From contig JYFJ02003055.1 of NCBI GenBank assembly GCA_000934665.2, forward strand, positions 1 through 46,722: a stretch of 46,722 nucleotides of DNA. Reading direction: 5' to 3'. The position numbers and the translations under genes were made by a program. The notes under the pieces were generated by a model. That model saw only the letters and a program-made list of their open reading frames with translations. It ran no database searches and was not told the DNA's origin. Shown in pieces: positions 1 through 12,335 of the stretch. This stretch comes from Catajapyx aquilonaris. Taxonomy: Eukaryota. Each line of letters begins with the position of its first letter. Positions within the stretch are counted from its first letter, which is position 1.

Positions 1-123
1 AGTGGTGCTGTGTGCCAACAGATCAATCCTCCTTTTGAACACCTTGTGTGGACAGCAAGGGCAAGGGAAACTCCCCAATTTCATCATCTCCATGGCTACC
101 AAGTTGCCCACACAAAGGGCCAT
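1..123 (-). CDS. C2H2 zinc-finger protein, N-terminal part (continues beyond left edge)
   Basis: Minus strand reads MALCVGNLVAMEMMKLGSFPCPCCPHKVFKRRIDLLAHSTT, matching F-x-C-x2-C-x4-F-x5-L-x2-H-x3 with the final His expected just past position 1. Candidate ATGs at 123 and at 93 (gccATGg). Not in the ORF track because the stop lies outside the window. Confidence 0.6.
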   Translation of the reverse strand, partial: MALCVGNLVAMEMMKLGSFPCPCCPHKVFKRRIDLLAHSTT

Positions 124-125
124 CC

Positions 126-172
126 ACTGAAATTCAAGATTCACGTGACTCGGAATCGGAAGTGGCGGGAAA
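126..172 (-). promoter_or_regulatory. Compact motif cluster upstream of the zinc-finger ORF (Inr or splice acceptor, E-box, ETS, E2F)
   Basis: Minus-strand TTTCAGT at 132-126; TCACGTGAC 141-149; CGGAAGT 157-163; GGCGGGAAA 164-172. Confidence 0.4.
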
Positions 173-258
173 AAACCAGGCTAAGAAATAAGGAATTTGC
201 AACACTATAGAGAAGATAAAAAGAGGGCAACAAAACAACTTAATTACACCAAACGTTA

Positions 259-268
259 TTTATTTATT
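259..268 (-). terminator. Polyadenylation signal of UTP6
   Basis: Overlapping AATAAA hexamers on the minus strand about 155 nt after the UTP6 stop codon. Confidence 0.55.
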
Positions 269-420
269 TTTCCATCCAACCAGTACATTGCAGGCTCTGC
301 ATTTGCTGCATCTCATTAAAAAAAAAAAATAGCAAAATGGTCCAGTGTAGGACTTTAAAATGCGATGCTGCTGGAATGTCATGAGCAAAAAGCCGCAAGA
401 CTGTAACGGCCATGGCCGCA

Positions 421-3010
421 TCAGGCGGTTTTATTCAGGGCATATTCAGTCTGGAACTGGTCGGACAGATCGGGATCCAGCTGCTTCATTGCCTTCCAAT
501 GAACGTGGCTCATCAAGGATGGATCGCCAAAGTCCTTCTCAAATACGGCGTAATCAATCCAGATGTCTGCGGGGGGGGAAAAAATGGACAAGTGTTCAGT
601 AACTCTGTACCCAACAGATGAATTATACTAGTAAAGTATTGCCTGAATCATATAATGACATGTTGCCATGGGGTTACGTTTGTCATACTTTCATTATTCT
701 CACGACATCAAGGTGCGTTTACATGTGAGCGATTTGATCGCCGGCAATAACAACGCTGAGTAACCAGTATTGTTTGAGGCGGAAATCGATTGTTACTTTC
801 ACCTATCAAATCGCTCACAAGTAAACGCCGCTTCATCTCACTGCGATAATGACAATTGTTAATTGATCTTACCTGTCCTATTTGCACCGAAGTGATCTAC
901 AGCCATCTCGTAGCATTTCCTAACCCTGTTCGCATCCACAGGAATTAGACAACACTCTATAGTAGCCATACGTAAGTGAAGATCGCAGCTGAGTGGGGGC
1001 TTGGTGCATTGCTTCTCATAAAATTCTCGGGCCTTTTTTATGCCTAAACAAAAAAACCCTCCGAGTTAGTTAAGACATGACTTGGCAATGTATGCCAGTT
1101 CTGTAATTACCCTTATTGCGGTTGATCCAGGTCAAATAATCGCATTTCATGGGTGCAGCAATCACAGGTTTCCTCTGCAGGGCTTCTTCATAGAGCGCCG
1201 GAAGAGCAATTGAGCCTCGAGACAACAACCAAGCAGCAACAAGCTTCCACAACTCCAACGTTTCACTACTGTCACCAAGAGTACGTAAGGCACCTCTAAA
1301 TTCACCCAGTACCGCATCCTGAGACCTGAGAAAGTTCCAATTCAATGAGTCGCAACTCGTAGTCATTTACATAGCTCGATACTTACACATGCCCACAGGC
1401 ACTCCAGCCAAAGAGGCAGTTCATCCGGACTTTCCACAGCTGGTGATCGGCTGGGTAACATTCCACAGCGTACTTCATCACATCGCAGCATTCCTTTACC
1501 CTACCGAGAGCACGAAGAGTGCGTTCCTGGAAAGTAATAATTCATTCAGTCGTTTGAGTCGCAAATTTGTTGAGATGCAACTAACCCAGTAAAGGTAATG
1601 AGGCGCTTCCAACATAAAAGCCTCATGTCCCTCCTGCAGATGGTCAAGTACGCACTTTACAGACGTCCCGATATAATTATCCTCAGCCTTTTGAACTACT
1701 TCCTGCAATGTGCTTATGTGCAAAGACCACATTTCCTGTGGATTATCCACTTTTTTCAAGCCTTCTTTGAAAATGGAGCAGCACTTCTGCAATCTCTGAT
1801 GAAAGGTTCCGTGATTCGTTTCGCTGTCAAACTTGACCACGTCCATCTTCAGAAAATCTTCTGCGGGCGGCTCTTCCGCAGCCTCTTCCGCTTCAAACGC
1901 CAGCCTCGCTTTCATATCCCACATTATGGCGCTGTTGGGAAATCTCTCTTCCAAATCGGCAACAATCTTCCCTTGCAATGTCACGCTGGAATCAAACCGA
2001 AATTTTCTTGCTTCGATGACAAACTCCATGAAAAACTTTGGTTCAGGGATCTTCTTCACAGCTTCAGCATACATCAGATATGCCAAAGTCCCTTCCGTAA
2101 TCGGGTCGCTTCCTTCAGGCTGTTGCTTTTTAGCGCTCATTTCATTTATTCCTAAGACGTCCCGACGTTTCAGAAGCATTTCCATGTAGCACATCTCCAA
2201 GCGAAATGCCTGCAAGTAGAACATATCAGTTAATATGCGGTTTGTGATTCATAGTTCACAGTTTTTCTCACCTCGAGATACAGATCCTTCGACTGTGGGT
2301 GGAAACGCAAGCCACGAAGCAGAAGACCACGGGCGTCTTCAATGGAGCTGTTCTCATCTTTCTCCCACCTAGCAGCTCGAATCCAAAGTTCAGGTTTATC
2401 CCCATGGACTTGGAGCATCCTTACGTAAATGCGGCTCACCACATTCTTCCAATTCTGCGAACAGTTAACTAATTAGATTCTCAATTACGCGCTAAATAAA
2501 ATCCATGATAAATTCACCAGCTGCTGGCAGAACTTGATATGATGAAGCCACAGATTAACATTTCCTTGGAAACGCATGATCATCTTTTTGAACAGCAGGT
2601 TAATCCGTCTCGCAATCGAGTACTCAATCTCGTGCTTCTTGAAGTGGCAACCCCGGTTCTGAAAAAATGACGAAATTAATCTCGTCGAACGTTTTGTCGG
2701 CGCGGTTATTTCGTTAACGTACGTTCCTCCGGATATCAAGCAACGCAAGCGTTTGCATCTCGTAGCGGATGTACCGCAGATAATCATCTTTATCCTTAGT
2801 TCTTTTCTGAATCTTATACTCCAGCTCTCTTCGTCTCTTAATCATCAACCTACGAAGCGAACAGTAATATTATTGCCCATACAACGCTTCCTATAATTAA
2901 CTGTAAATTAATTAATACTTTAGCTCTCTTCCAGTCATCAGCTTCAGTCTCCGAACCTCTTCGAATTCTGGAAGCATTTCTTCCAGACGAAGTTCCACAA
3001 ACTCAGCCAT
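421..3010 (-). CDS. UTP6: U3 snoRNA-associated protein 6 homolog (HAT repeats), 9 exons, ~612 aa
   Basis: GT-AG exons 3010-2919, 2849-2723, 2658-2518, 2454-2272, 2209-1586, 1526-1387, 1325-1111, 1043-873, 566-421, frame-consistent (1839 nt). N-terminus MAEFVELRLEEMLPEFEE...IKRRRELEYKIQKR...DYLRYIRYE, HAT repeats (LWIRAARWE...ARGLLLRGLRFHP), C-terminal DIWIDYAVFE. Confidence 0.93.
715..828. mobile_element. Short TIR-bounded MITE-like element (PIF/Harbinger-like ends) in the last UTP6 intron
   Basis: GCGTTTACATGTGAGCGATTTGAT (715-738) and its inverse (805-828) match at 23/24. Confidence 0.55.
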
Positions 3011-3898
3011 GGCTGTGCTTCAAAAGTAATAGCAAATGTAATGAGTAAACATCCACCACTTCATGTACATGCAAATTACATACCTTTTCTGTGCTAATTA
3101 CCGCTTAATTAATGCTAATTACCGCTTAATTAAGGGCAATCACAACACGTGCTGTTCTCTTCAGAAAAGAATCGCGCCCGTTGCCATAGATCCAGGAATA
3201 GAACAAACAACAGCGCCACTGGCCGACTGGCGGAGATATGGGCGAAATACAATTTGAACATTTAGGCAGCCATATTTGATATGGGCAAAAAATAACGCGC
3301 GGATTTTCAAAACTCACATGATTTTAACTTAAATGCACTTTATTTCACATTTAGATGCAAAGTTAACATATAAGTAACTTATATGATTTTAGGTAATAAC
3401 TTTTATTACCTAAAAACCCTCAAAAATGGGTTTTCTCTAGATTCAAAAAAATATATTACCTAAAAAAAAAAAAAGGCAGAAAAATTCACACGGTATTGTT
3501 TAAAGCAGCACAGTTTATTAGCCAAACGTCAGTTAAATTTACAAGCACATTAACATGGTTTAATTTTTTCAATTTGTCAAGATGACACACCGCCAACTCT
3601 CTCACGGTAAATTCTCCCTTTGTTCTGAAAAATACTCGGTGCCTGTCACCCGTGTCAGACGAACATAATGTTTAGAAAAATATATATATATATACCTTCA
3701 CCACACTGTTGACATAACGACACTTGGTTGACATTGCACGATCAGGAGGAGACCCGATGCAGCCGTTTTTAAAAACCGGGATCATGAATCCTCCGAGTCA
3801 TTGATTGTCAGTTAACATTATTTTGGCCCCATTTAACACCCATTTTGAGATGTACAGTACAAAATTTTTTTACACGTATTCATTGAATACTAATGCCC

Positions 3899-3971
3899 GA
3901 TTGCACCAACGCAACCGATAGCTCTTGTAAATGTGTGCTAACGATCTGTTACGAGCTGCGTTGGTGCAATC
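3899..3971. repeat. Inverted repeat / MITE remnant
   Basis: Perfect 15-bp arms GATTGCACCAACGCA (3899-3913) and TGCGTTGGTGCAATC (3957-3971). Confidence 0.5.
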
Positions 3972-5762
3972 ACGCATGCGCCTACTATAGCTACAACTAA
4001 CTGGCCAATTGCACAAGTATGATCAAAAACTGGTTTTTTTGACAACAGTGAGGTGCTTTCAGACTTAACTGGCAGGGTGTGATAAATAAATGTGCGAGGA
4101 GGTGTCATACGGAAGTGTAAATCAATGACCTGGAATCCCTTGGAATGAGTCGTTTCGGTTAAAAATAAGGGATGGAAATTAAATTGTTTGGAAAAAAATC
4201 ATACAGGCATTTGGGATTGGAAGATTTAAAATTATGCGAGTTTTGTCTCACGGAAAATCTTGCGCTTAACTTGTCAGACTTATGACCAACCTCACTTACT
4301 ACCCTATCTACTGGCAAATCTGGAATATCCAGTACGGCACAACGCTTCATGAAAAACCCTGTGCGACTTGTCTCAAGTGAAAGAATATTTTTCAGCCCAC
4401 TCGAATCAGGTAAGTCTGTCAGAACATCAGCGTAAAAAAATGGGCTAAACATTTCTATTTTAACATACAAAAAAAAAACTAGCAGTTGCAAATTTCAGTG
4501 GAATCCCCATTACTTTGAGCCCTTCCTGACTACACGTAGCAATTATTTCACAGCGCGGAAGCAGAGTAAAACACACAAAAGTTGTTCACAAGTAACAGGG
4601 AAATAGTTTGCGACACCCACAAAACACCGGCAACCAACAATTTGAAGTCGAAATAGCTCACGTTAAACCAGCCGTTTGCAACCTTATTAAATTGATACCG
4701 GCTCTTCATATCGACATAGCATCTCCTTTAATACATGAAGGTAAAACAGGGTTTTCCTGCTCTGTTTTGCAACAATGAACATGGATAAACTGTCAATTTA
4801 AACTCCGTTCAAAAAAATATACACTTGCAGGCTCAACTTGTTATATTCATTAACACAGTAAAGCACAAGGGCTGATGTGACGAGAGCGCAGCGGTTACAA
4901 ATACATCTCTTTCTATGAGAGTGTTCCGAGGTACTCGCGAAATCATCAGGGCACCATTGAACAACACAATGAGGATTCCAAATCGCAGCCTTTCTTTGTA
5001 AAGCTGTGTGATGGAAGCGTTTGCACCTTTTGAACAATTATCTTAATTACTCTCTCCCTTAAGTATTTTTTTTTAAGTGCGAGAAGAAGTCTTGAAGTCT
5101 CCTGCAGGAATTTTCTCGCAGCTTTCCTTTGTCAAGGGAAAGGCTGTCGCACTGATAACATCAGTCGGAAGTCCGCTAATTTTAGTCGCTACAAACTACA
5201 AGCGACCAGTCTTTGCATTTTACATGTAAAGCAACAACATAGTGTCATAAAATTACATCATCAGCACTTGACGAAGACTCTGTACAGTATGTAACATATT
5301 AATTTAAGCTACGATTAGTAGATATTAACGGCGGTGTAAATATAAAAGTCTCTGTTAAATCATACTGACCGTTCCATAACCGAATGCATTATAAGCCTTC
5401 AGATTTTCAACATGCGTTAATTTCCTTTCCCTGTGGCATGGCTTGGCATTTTTGTCTAAACGTTTGCCCAGATATACACTGCACCTTCTCTACCCCTAAA
5501 AATCACTGGCATGACGTTTGGTACTCATTGTTAGCCGGCCAGTTTACTCAATTTACCCTTTACATTAACACCACAATTGCAACAAGTAACATACAATGAG
5601 AAATTTAAAAAACAATATTCAGCACATAATTATTGGCTCACATTATTGCACATAACCCACTTGTTACCTGAAGACATTCGCTCTGATTCCGCTAATTATA
5701 TTGCGATCCACGCTTTACCCGGAGGATTTATGCTCCGTGCATATTACCCGTGCTTGCACACC

Positions 5763-8640
5763 TTACTCTGACGTCGGTACGCTGGTGGATATTGTCACGC
5801 TGAACCTTGTCCTGAGGTATAGCACGGAATTAGAGGTGACACCGTAGTCTCCTAGGGTCACACTATCTTCTCCTAGGAGGCCGGTCGGATAGCAGGTGAC
5901 GAGGTCGTACTGCAGCCCCTTCTCCTGCGGTGAACGAAGCGCGTCCAGCCTTCGCCTCAGCTCTCCCACGCTGTCGTCCCGTGACACGTGAAGGTGATAC
6001 AGCTTGTCCCCAGATTCAGACCTAACCTTCAGGTGGAGGCTAGACTGATGGAGTGGACTACTTTGCAAAGAGTTGGAGGAGGCTGCATCTTCATATGAAC
6101 AGCTGGGGACTGGATCTTCACTCACAAGAGCCAGCTTCTCCTGCTTACCCTTTCGGACTAAACTGCCACCGTGTTTTGGCTTTAAAAAGAACAAATTGAC
6201 ACTTGTTATAATCTACAACACTACAAACCAGCCAAAGCTTACCTTTAGCGATACGGGCCGCTTTTTCGTTCCTGGATCTGGTGTTGCGGGATGTGCGGTG
6301 CCGGATTCCTCATGAAGAGCAGCCGCACTGTTCAGTGCAGCCTCCTTTTTTTGCACCCCATGTTTCTTCGGTACCAGAAGCGGATGAACCGAGTCGTTCC
6401 CAGAGCACAGTCTCTTCCCTTGCCCCCAGAAGCATCGGGTCTCCGTCGGATCCTTATATGTTATGTGCCGCTTATCCTTCACCTTGAGGAGAAAATTGCG
6501 GTTCACTTGTTCATAAATAAGTAAAGAAGGAAACTGACCCTGAGTGGCACGCCTCTCGGGAAACTCCTCTGCAACTCGGCCGGGTAGAATCCGTCCATCA
6601 AATCGACCAAGAACTGCTGCGTGGACGGTTCGTACATGTCCCTGAAAGGCCCTTGGGCTACCTGGATACCGTTAGAGTAGAGGGTCAAAGGAACTGCCTC
6701 CGGTATTTTTAATATGGCTCCTCCGCCTCCGTCGGTGTAGGCAACTTGGGCCGTTCCTTCGCCACCCACTTCCTGGTTTAGAGCTCCAACATTGCGGAGA
6801 ACCAAGTCGTAGTCCACGGGAACCACCGATGGGATGTCCATTAATGGCGGGCGGCACAGGACCTCCAGAGATGAGGGATGAGCCCGTCGACTCATCACTT
6901 CCTCCACACGGTTGTCAAAAGACACGCTTCCACCGCCGCAATCAGTGGCGTCCGAGCCGCTCTCGTACCCCTGAGATGGGCTTAGCTACACAGAATTGGG
7001 ATTCAGTTTTCTTGGTTTACAGAAAAATTGCAAATCTCACCTTCACTTGTGGGTCAAGTCGGACCACTCGTTCCGGCGAGGTCTTGTCAGAGGAAGGCTC
7101 CGGAAAAACATGGATCTTACTACGCCGCATCAGACCCAACTGGAAATCAAAGAGCACATCAACAAAGAATCTCACCCTAAGCAGGGCTCATTAAAAAAAA
7201 AAAAATGAAGCAAAGAAAAAAAAAACATACACAACCAAATGAAAACAGCAATGAAAAAGGAGCATCAGGTGATCTATAACAGAAAAAAATAAATAAAAAA
7301 AAACCCTCAATGACAAAAACAGCATTTCCATAAGCAGAAACTTGTTTTCGATCCAAACCTTGTGCTTGAGAAGCAGTATTTGAACATCCCTCTGCTTTAG
7401 CCTGTGCTGGGACTCGGCCAGAGCCTGCTGCGTCTTGGCCAACTGCAGCTGGGTCTGGGACAGTCGGGACAGGACAATGGACAGGACACTCTCCTCACTC
7501 ACGCTGCTCCGAGCACCTGCGTTCAACAAGAAAATAGATTAAGGAAAATCACTACACTCAAACAGATAAAGTACTCATTACTAGCAATGCATTTACTTAT
7601 TTATTAATTACACAAAACCATATACAATACTAATTACTAGGAATGCATTTACTTATTTATTAATTACACAAAACCATATACAATACTAATTACTGGTAAT
7701 GCATCCATCTATTTATTTATTTACATAATTACTTATTTACTTACTTATTCATTTACTTAAAGATTTACATGTTTACTTATTTATTTACTTACATGTTTAC
7801 TTATTTATTTACTTACATGTTTACTTATTTATTTACTTACATGTTTACTTGTTTATTTACATATTTACTTACATGTGTACTTATTTATTTACATATTTAC
7901 TTACATATTTACTTATTTACTTATTTACTTACTTACTTATTTACTTATTCATTTACTTACTTATTCACTTATTCATTTACTTACTTATTCACTTACTTAT
8001 TTACTTACTCATTTACCTATTCATTTACTTACTTATTCACTTACTTATTTACTTACTCATTTACCTATTCATTTACTTATTCATTCACCAATTTATCATC
8101 CTTAGTTAATTAATTAATTAGGTCTCCTGTTAAAAGACACCTCATTGGGGGACAAAAGTTCTTTCATACATAATGCAAGAGTACAAATGGACATTCTTAC
8201 TGGTAATTAATTTAGTATTAAGCATAATTTATCATTCATTCAGTAGCTATTGGGAGTTTGACTAACCTTCGCTTTTGCTCCTAGTCTGCCTGACCCTCAT
8301 GTCGTCCAGCAGGTCCGACTGAATGAGGGAGGCCGCACCGGAGTCCAAATTTCCAAGGGAGTCATCCGGGTTGCCCAGGTTGAACAGCGTGGAGGTCAGC
8401 CTCTGGATCTGGTCGTCCGAGAAATCAGGGTGTCGGAACGGGGCTGCGCCGGATGAAGACCTGCAACATTTCAACGCTTCCATTAGCACTCATAATTAAT
8501 ATGCGTTTTATCAGCATCGTTATATACAGTGCATTCAATTAACGGCTAATGAACGGCTATCATTACGCTCTTCCTGATGGTGACCCATGCGGAGACCTTT
8601 TCTTCTTGTCCGCTCCACCTGCGCTGTCAGGAGAACTCAT
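5763..8640 (-). CDS. UBXN11: UBX domain-containing protein 11 (coiled coil + SEP + UBX; p97/VCP cofactor), 7 coding exons, ~542 aa
   Basis: Exons 8640-8567, 8460-8267, 7516-7359, 7139-7041, 6985-6539, 6482-6243, 6179-5763, frame-consistent (1629 nt). MSSP start, coiled coil, SEP domain (LTLYSNGI...GPFR...TQQFLVDLMDGFYPAELQRSFPRGVP) and terminal UBX (LKVRSESG...DSVGELRR...TLGDYGV). A 5'UTR intron is likely at 8702-8761. Confidence 0.88.
7577..7695. repeat. 56-bp tandem duplication
   Basis: AATGCATTTACTTATTTATTAATTACACAAAACCATATACAATACTAATTACT occurs twice with period 56. Confidence 0.85.
7709..8090. repeat. Degenerate tetranucleotide microsatellite (ATTT/ACTT/ATTC)
   Basis: Directly visible. 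It explains the spurious YLFT-rich ORFs at 7769-8113. Confidence 0.9.
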
Positions 8641-9234
8641 CGCTGACTGATGACAGCGATGCAGCTGTCAGGACGGTTATAGGAAGTACACCAGGAGGTC
8701 ACTGCAAAGTACACACCGGTCAGAGGCAGGTCATTAGGACAACAGAATGAGGGCAACTCACGTCTCATTTGGAGCTCATGTCTGGAAGATTTGTGTGCAA
8801 TTAGAGGAGAGGCGACAAGGGAAAAAAAATAGAGTAATTGACAGTTAATAATATTAAACAGGGTTGTCAGATGGCGGAATCTTACGTTTTATTTTAGAAG
8901 ATAACAATAATTTAACTATTTTTTAAGAAATGAGTACATACTCTGATGTAATAATTATAACGAATATTCGAATATATTCCAATCGAATAAAGACGGGATA
9001 TTACACGATCGTCATACAAGCCAGCCAATTGCCATCACCGCGCGCATTAACAAACACCGCCGTGTAATACCCATTCTAAATATAACAGCTATTTCTGCAT
9101 TCACGTAGCCATTTCATCCCCCCGTTGAAGTAAATATGGCCAACTAATACCGGCTAGCGGTGATTTGATAGCTACTTTCTTTTGGGCACACGACTGCGCT
9201 TATTTCGGCCCCCCCGGTGGAAGAAGCTTCAAAA

Positions 9235-9785
9235 ATGGCGGCGATCAACTTGGAGTCGATGATCGTGGAGGAGAAGCCGGAGGTGGAGAAACCGGTGGAT
9301 AGGGAGAAGGTGAGGCTCGGGAGGCAGACGGGGTACGAACAGGCGTGGTGTGGTGTACCGTTGGGTGGGACAGGGCAAGGGCGGAAGGCGTTAGGGACGG
9401 AGGAAACTCGCTTTGGAAGTGGGACATGCGCCTTCCTTCGGTAGTCTTGACTTCTCTCATAAAAGCTTATGTAATAATAATATTATTTATTTAGTCAATC
9501 TCAGCCCCCACTGGTTTAGTGGAGTTAAAATTCAGCAGCGAAGTATTAAATAAATGATTGATGACAGGGCGTCACAGTAGGATTTGTGGTTCTGGGGCAA
9601 AATTTTACTGAAAGCAACGAACACTGGTGATGAATAATATTGTGCTAAATAGGTTCATGTCGAGGTCATGCCAACCTCAGCAATTTATTGTGCGAAGAGA
9701 TTTAGCATTCAAAAGCTGAAATAGCTTATTATTATTATATTAATAACTATTTCTTTCATTCTAATTATCACCACATTTATCCCAC

Positions 9786-9817
<32 letters not shown>

Positions 9818-10875
9818 TAATAATAATAATAATGGGTAGTGCAGAACTCCTGGAGGTATTACATGGGCATTTAATTATTTTGCGTTTTTAGAGTCAATAT
9901 GACAGTATAGCGTTCCGTCCATGGGCGTGAAAGAGTTTAAAATGTGTCCAGTAATTAAGTTTAATTTTTTAATTCAAGTAATTAATTAACAAGAAATTGA
10001 TAGTTCCTATTGTTAAGAGAAGTGGTGTATTTCAGTAAGCCGTTGCAATACAATTTCCATAAAAATTATTATTTGATATTTCAGTTTGACGATGGTCTCC
10101 GTTCAATCTGGCTCATTTGTATTAATGAAACTCTCTACTTATTTTTTAAAGTGTACAGCAAAACACTGAAGTAACTTACGAGTGATTGATTGTAGTAACC
10201 AAACATGCTTTAACATTGTGTACTAATCAGTATCTTATTACCCTGCAGACCTGCCCTCTCCTGCTGCGTGTCTTCTGCAGCACTGGTCGGCACCACAACA
10301 TGAGCGAGTACAGCCGTGGAAATGTGCCTGCTAACGAGCTGCAAATTTACACCTGGTTTGTTTACCTTTCTAGGGATGGGTGGGAAGGAAATTGGGGCAT
10401 AAAGATATTTATTTTGAGAAGGCTGCAAGGCCTGCTTTATGCTTGTATTGGCAGGGGCTACGACACCCCCAAAAGTGATGGACGTTTCAAGGCATTTGCA
10501 ATAATTTCAACTTATTTTGACTTCTCAGTGTGTGCGCTGTTTACTAAACCTGTGTGTACTCACCGTCATTTTTCATGGCTGACCTCCTGCAGGATGGATG
10601 CAACCCTGAAGGAGCTCACCAGCCTGGTGAAGGAGGTGAATCCGGATGCTCGTCGGAAAGGCACGACCTTCGACTTCTGCCTAGTCTTCCCTGACCTGCG
10701 TGGACCTGGGTACCGCATGCGCAACATCGGCACCACCGTCTCCGGACAAAAGGGACCAGATGACTCAAAGACCATGTCCCAATGCCGTTTCTGTATCGGT
10801 GACTACCTGGACATTTGTGTCACCCTTCCCAACCGCGGAATGATGGGAGGACCCAGGCGACCTCGACCTTACTAG
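9235..10875 (+). CDS. SAP18: Histone deacetylase complex subunit SAP18 (also ASAP/PSAP splicing complex), 3 exons, 154 aa
   Basis: Exons 9235-9309, 10249-10355, 10593-10875 (465 nt). Hallmark sequence EKPVDREKTCPLLLRVF...ELQIYTWMDATLKELTSLVKEVNPDARRKGT...IGDYLDI...RPY. Confidence 0.97.
9786..9833. repeat. (AAT)n microsatellite
   Basis: About 16 AAT units with one GAT interruption. Confidence 0.9.
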
Positions 10876-12018
10876 ATTATGCAACACCTATTCCAGGGAA
10901 ATAAAACCGACAGCGTGAAACACTTTGCCAATTTTCGAGTACTGCACGAGGATCTCAGCACTTGGTTTATCGGTTTGTACATTGTAAATTCGCAGCAGGT
11001 TTTGCGAATATGTGCTAGTGCAGGAAATAAAATCATTCCAGATCTCATCCGCCACATAAGCTTGCCGTTTGATTTCCCTGCCAAAAAAACCCAGTGCGAC
11101 CTCATTCGTACAAAAAAAATTGGCCGTATTTTTTCCGCTGGCATGGTCTCTCCCCCAATATTATGTATTATGTGTGACCCGTTTTTGCACAGGCCAAATA
11201 AATGTTCTTCAATCTTTACTCCTTCTGATTTGCTCTCTTGGACCTGATCCAGTGTCGGCTCTCTAATGAACTATCCTTGGGGTCCTCCTGTTATTTTTTT
11301 TCAGTCGTAGAAATGGGCGTGCAAAGAGACTCATCTAACCCTCCGTTTTCCTATGGAGGATGTCCTCTGCCACCCACCACCCTCGGTGGCCTGTGCTCCT
11401 ATTCATCACAGCGTCAGAAGCAGATCTAGGACGGCTAACGGCCTGCCTTCTAATTAGCAACGGAAGGCAGGACTTTTTGACACAACTGCTCAAGGTGAAT
11501 GCGACAACTAGAGATTGAAACATTGCGTCGTGGAAAAGAGAACCTGTGCCAAACTGGGGTGTCCGGCCCAAAAGACGTCGGGTTGTCCACCCCTTATTTT
11601 GAACCCACCACCGGTGGAAGTCCTCTATAGGTTAGGCAGAAGTGGGAGGGAAGTCAAAAAGGGGGTGGTTGAAATATCGTCGTCGGCGTCTTCCCTAGGA
11701 TAGTGCCGTCGACTGCTGGTAGAAACAAGCCCGTGGGCCCCTCCCTCTCCCAACCCCTCCATCCTCGACACCCCTTCCCTGTCCCAGCTTTGAGTCCGTG
11801 CCAGACCAGAAGGGGGGACACCTCTCGCCACCACGCCCCATCCAAGAAAATGCCCTCATCCCAGACAAACCCCCCCAGAGCAAAACATGGGATTGGAGGA
11901 GACGTGGCCACGTTTTGTAGTACCATGTCCCTCACATAGATCCTGCCACTCTCAGGGACATTAATGGGGTCGTACTGGTGACGCCACCAGTCTACGGCGG
12001 CAAAAGAGCGAATCGGCA

Positions 12019-12101
12019 CTGTTTACGTCCTCACGATTTGAGCCTCGGTCGCACGACCGGACTCTTTACGACCGACGCTCAAATCGTGAGGGCGTAAACA
12101 G
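12019..12101. repeat. Fold-back hairpin / MITE with 33-bp arms
   Basis: 12019-12051 vs 12069-12101 match at 31/33 with a 17-nt loop. The right end GTAAACAGGCCTTAA resembles PIF/Harbinger termini. Confidence 0.7.
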
Positions 12102-12104
12102 GCC

Positions 12105-12335
12105 TTAACGCAACTAGACACGGCGAACGTTACGTCTTAACGTCATTATATATAGGTCGACGCTGCGTTTAACGTCGCAAGATACGTCTGCAGTTACGTC
12201 TTGACGTCACTGTTGTGTTTACAAGTCAATACGAGTAGGCCTAATTATATATACACTGTACTGTACGTCTGTAGATACGTCTGCAGTTACGTTTAACGCA
12301 GCTCTTTACGTAAACGTTAAGTTTACATGTCACTA
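12105..12335. repeat. Degenerate AACGTTACG satellite, block 1
   Basis: Recurrent AACGTTACGT, AGATACGTC and GTTACGTTTAACG motifs shared with blocks 2 and 3. Confidence 0.7.

Noticed and set aside
1598..2189. 185-aa and 118-aa + strand ORFs
   Set aside because: Antisense shadows of UTP6 exon 5; no recognisable motif.
4159..4491. 110-aa minus-strand ORF, possible transposon fragment
   Set aside because: No transposase motif, and I could not confirm paired TIRs.
7769..8113. Three overlapping Y/L/F/T-rich ORFs
   Set aside because: Translation of a tetranucleotide microsatellite.
9627..9719. Possible C/D-box snoRNA in SAP18 intron 1 (GTGATGA ... CTGA, internal TGCTAAAT/ATTTAGCA stem)
   Set aside because: No terminal stem and no identifiable rRNA guide. 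It would need a snoscan/Infernal hit or small-RNA support.
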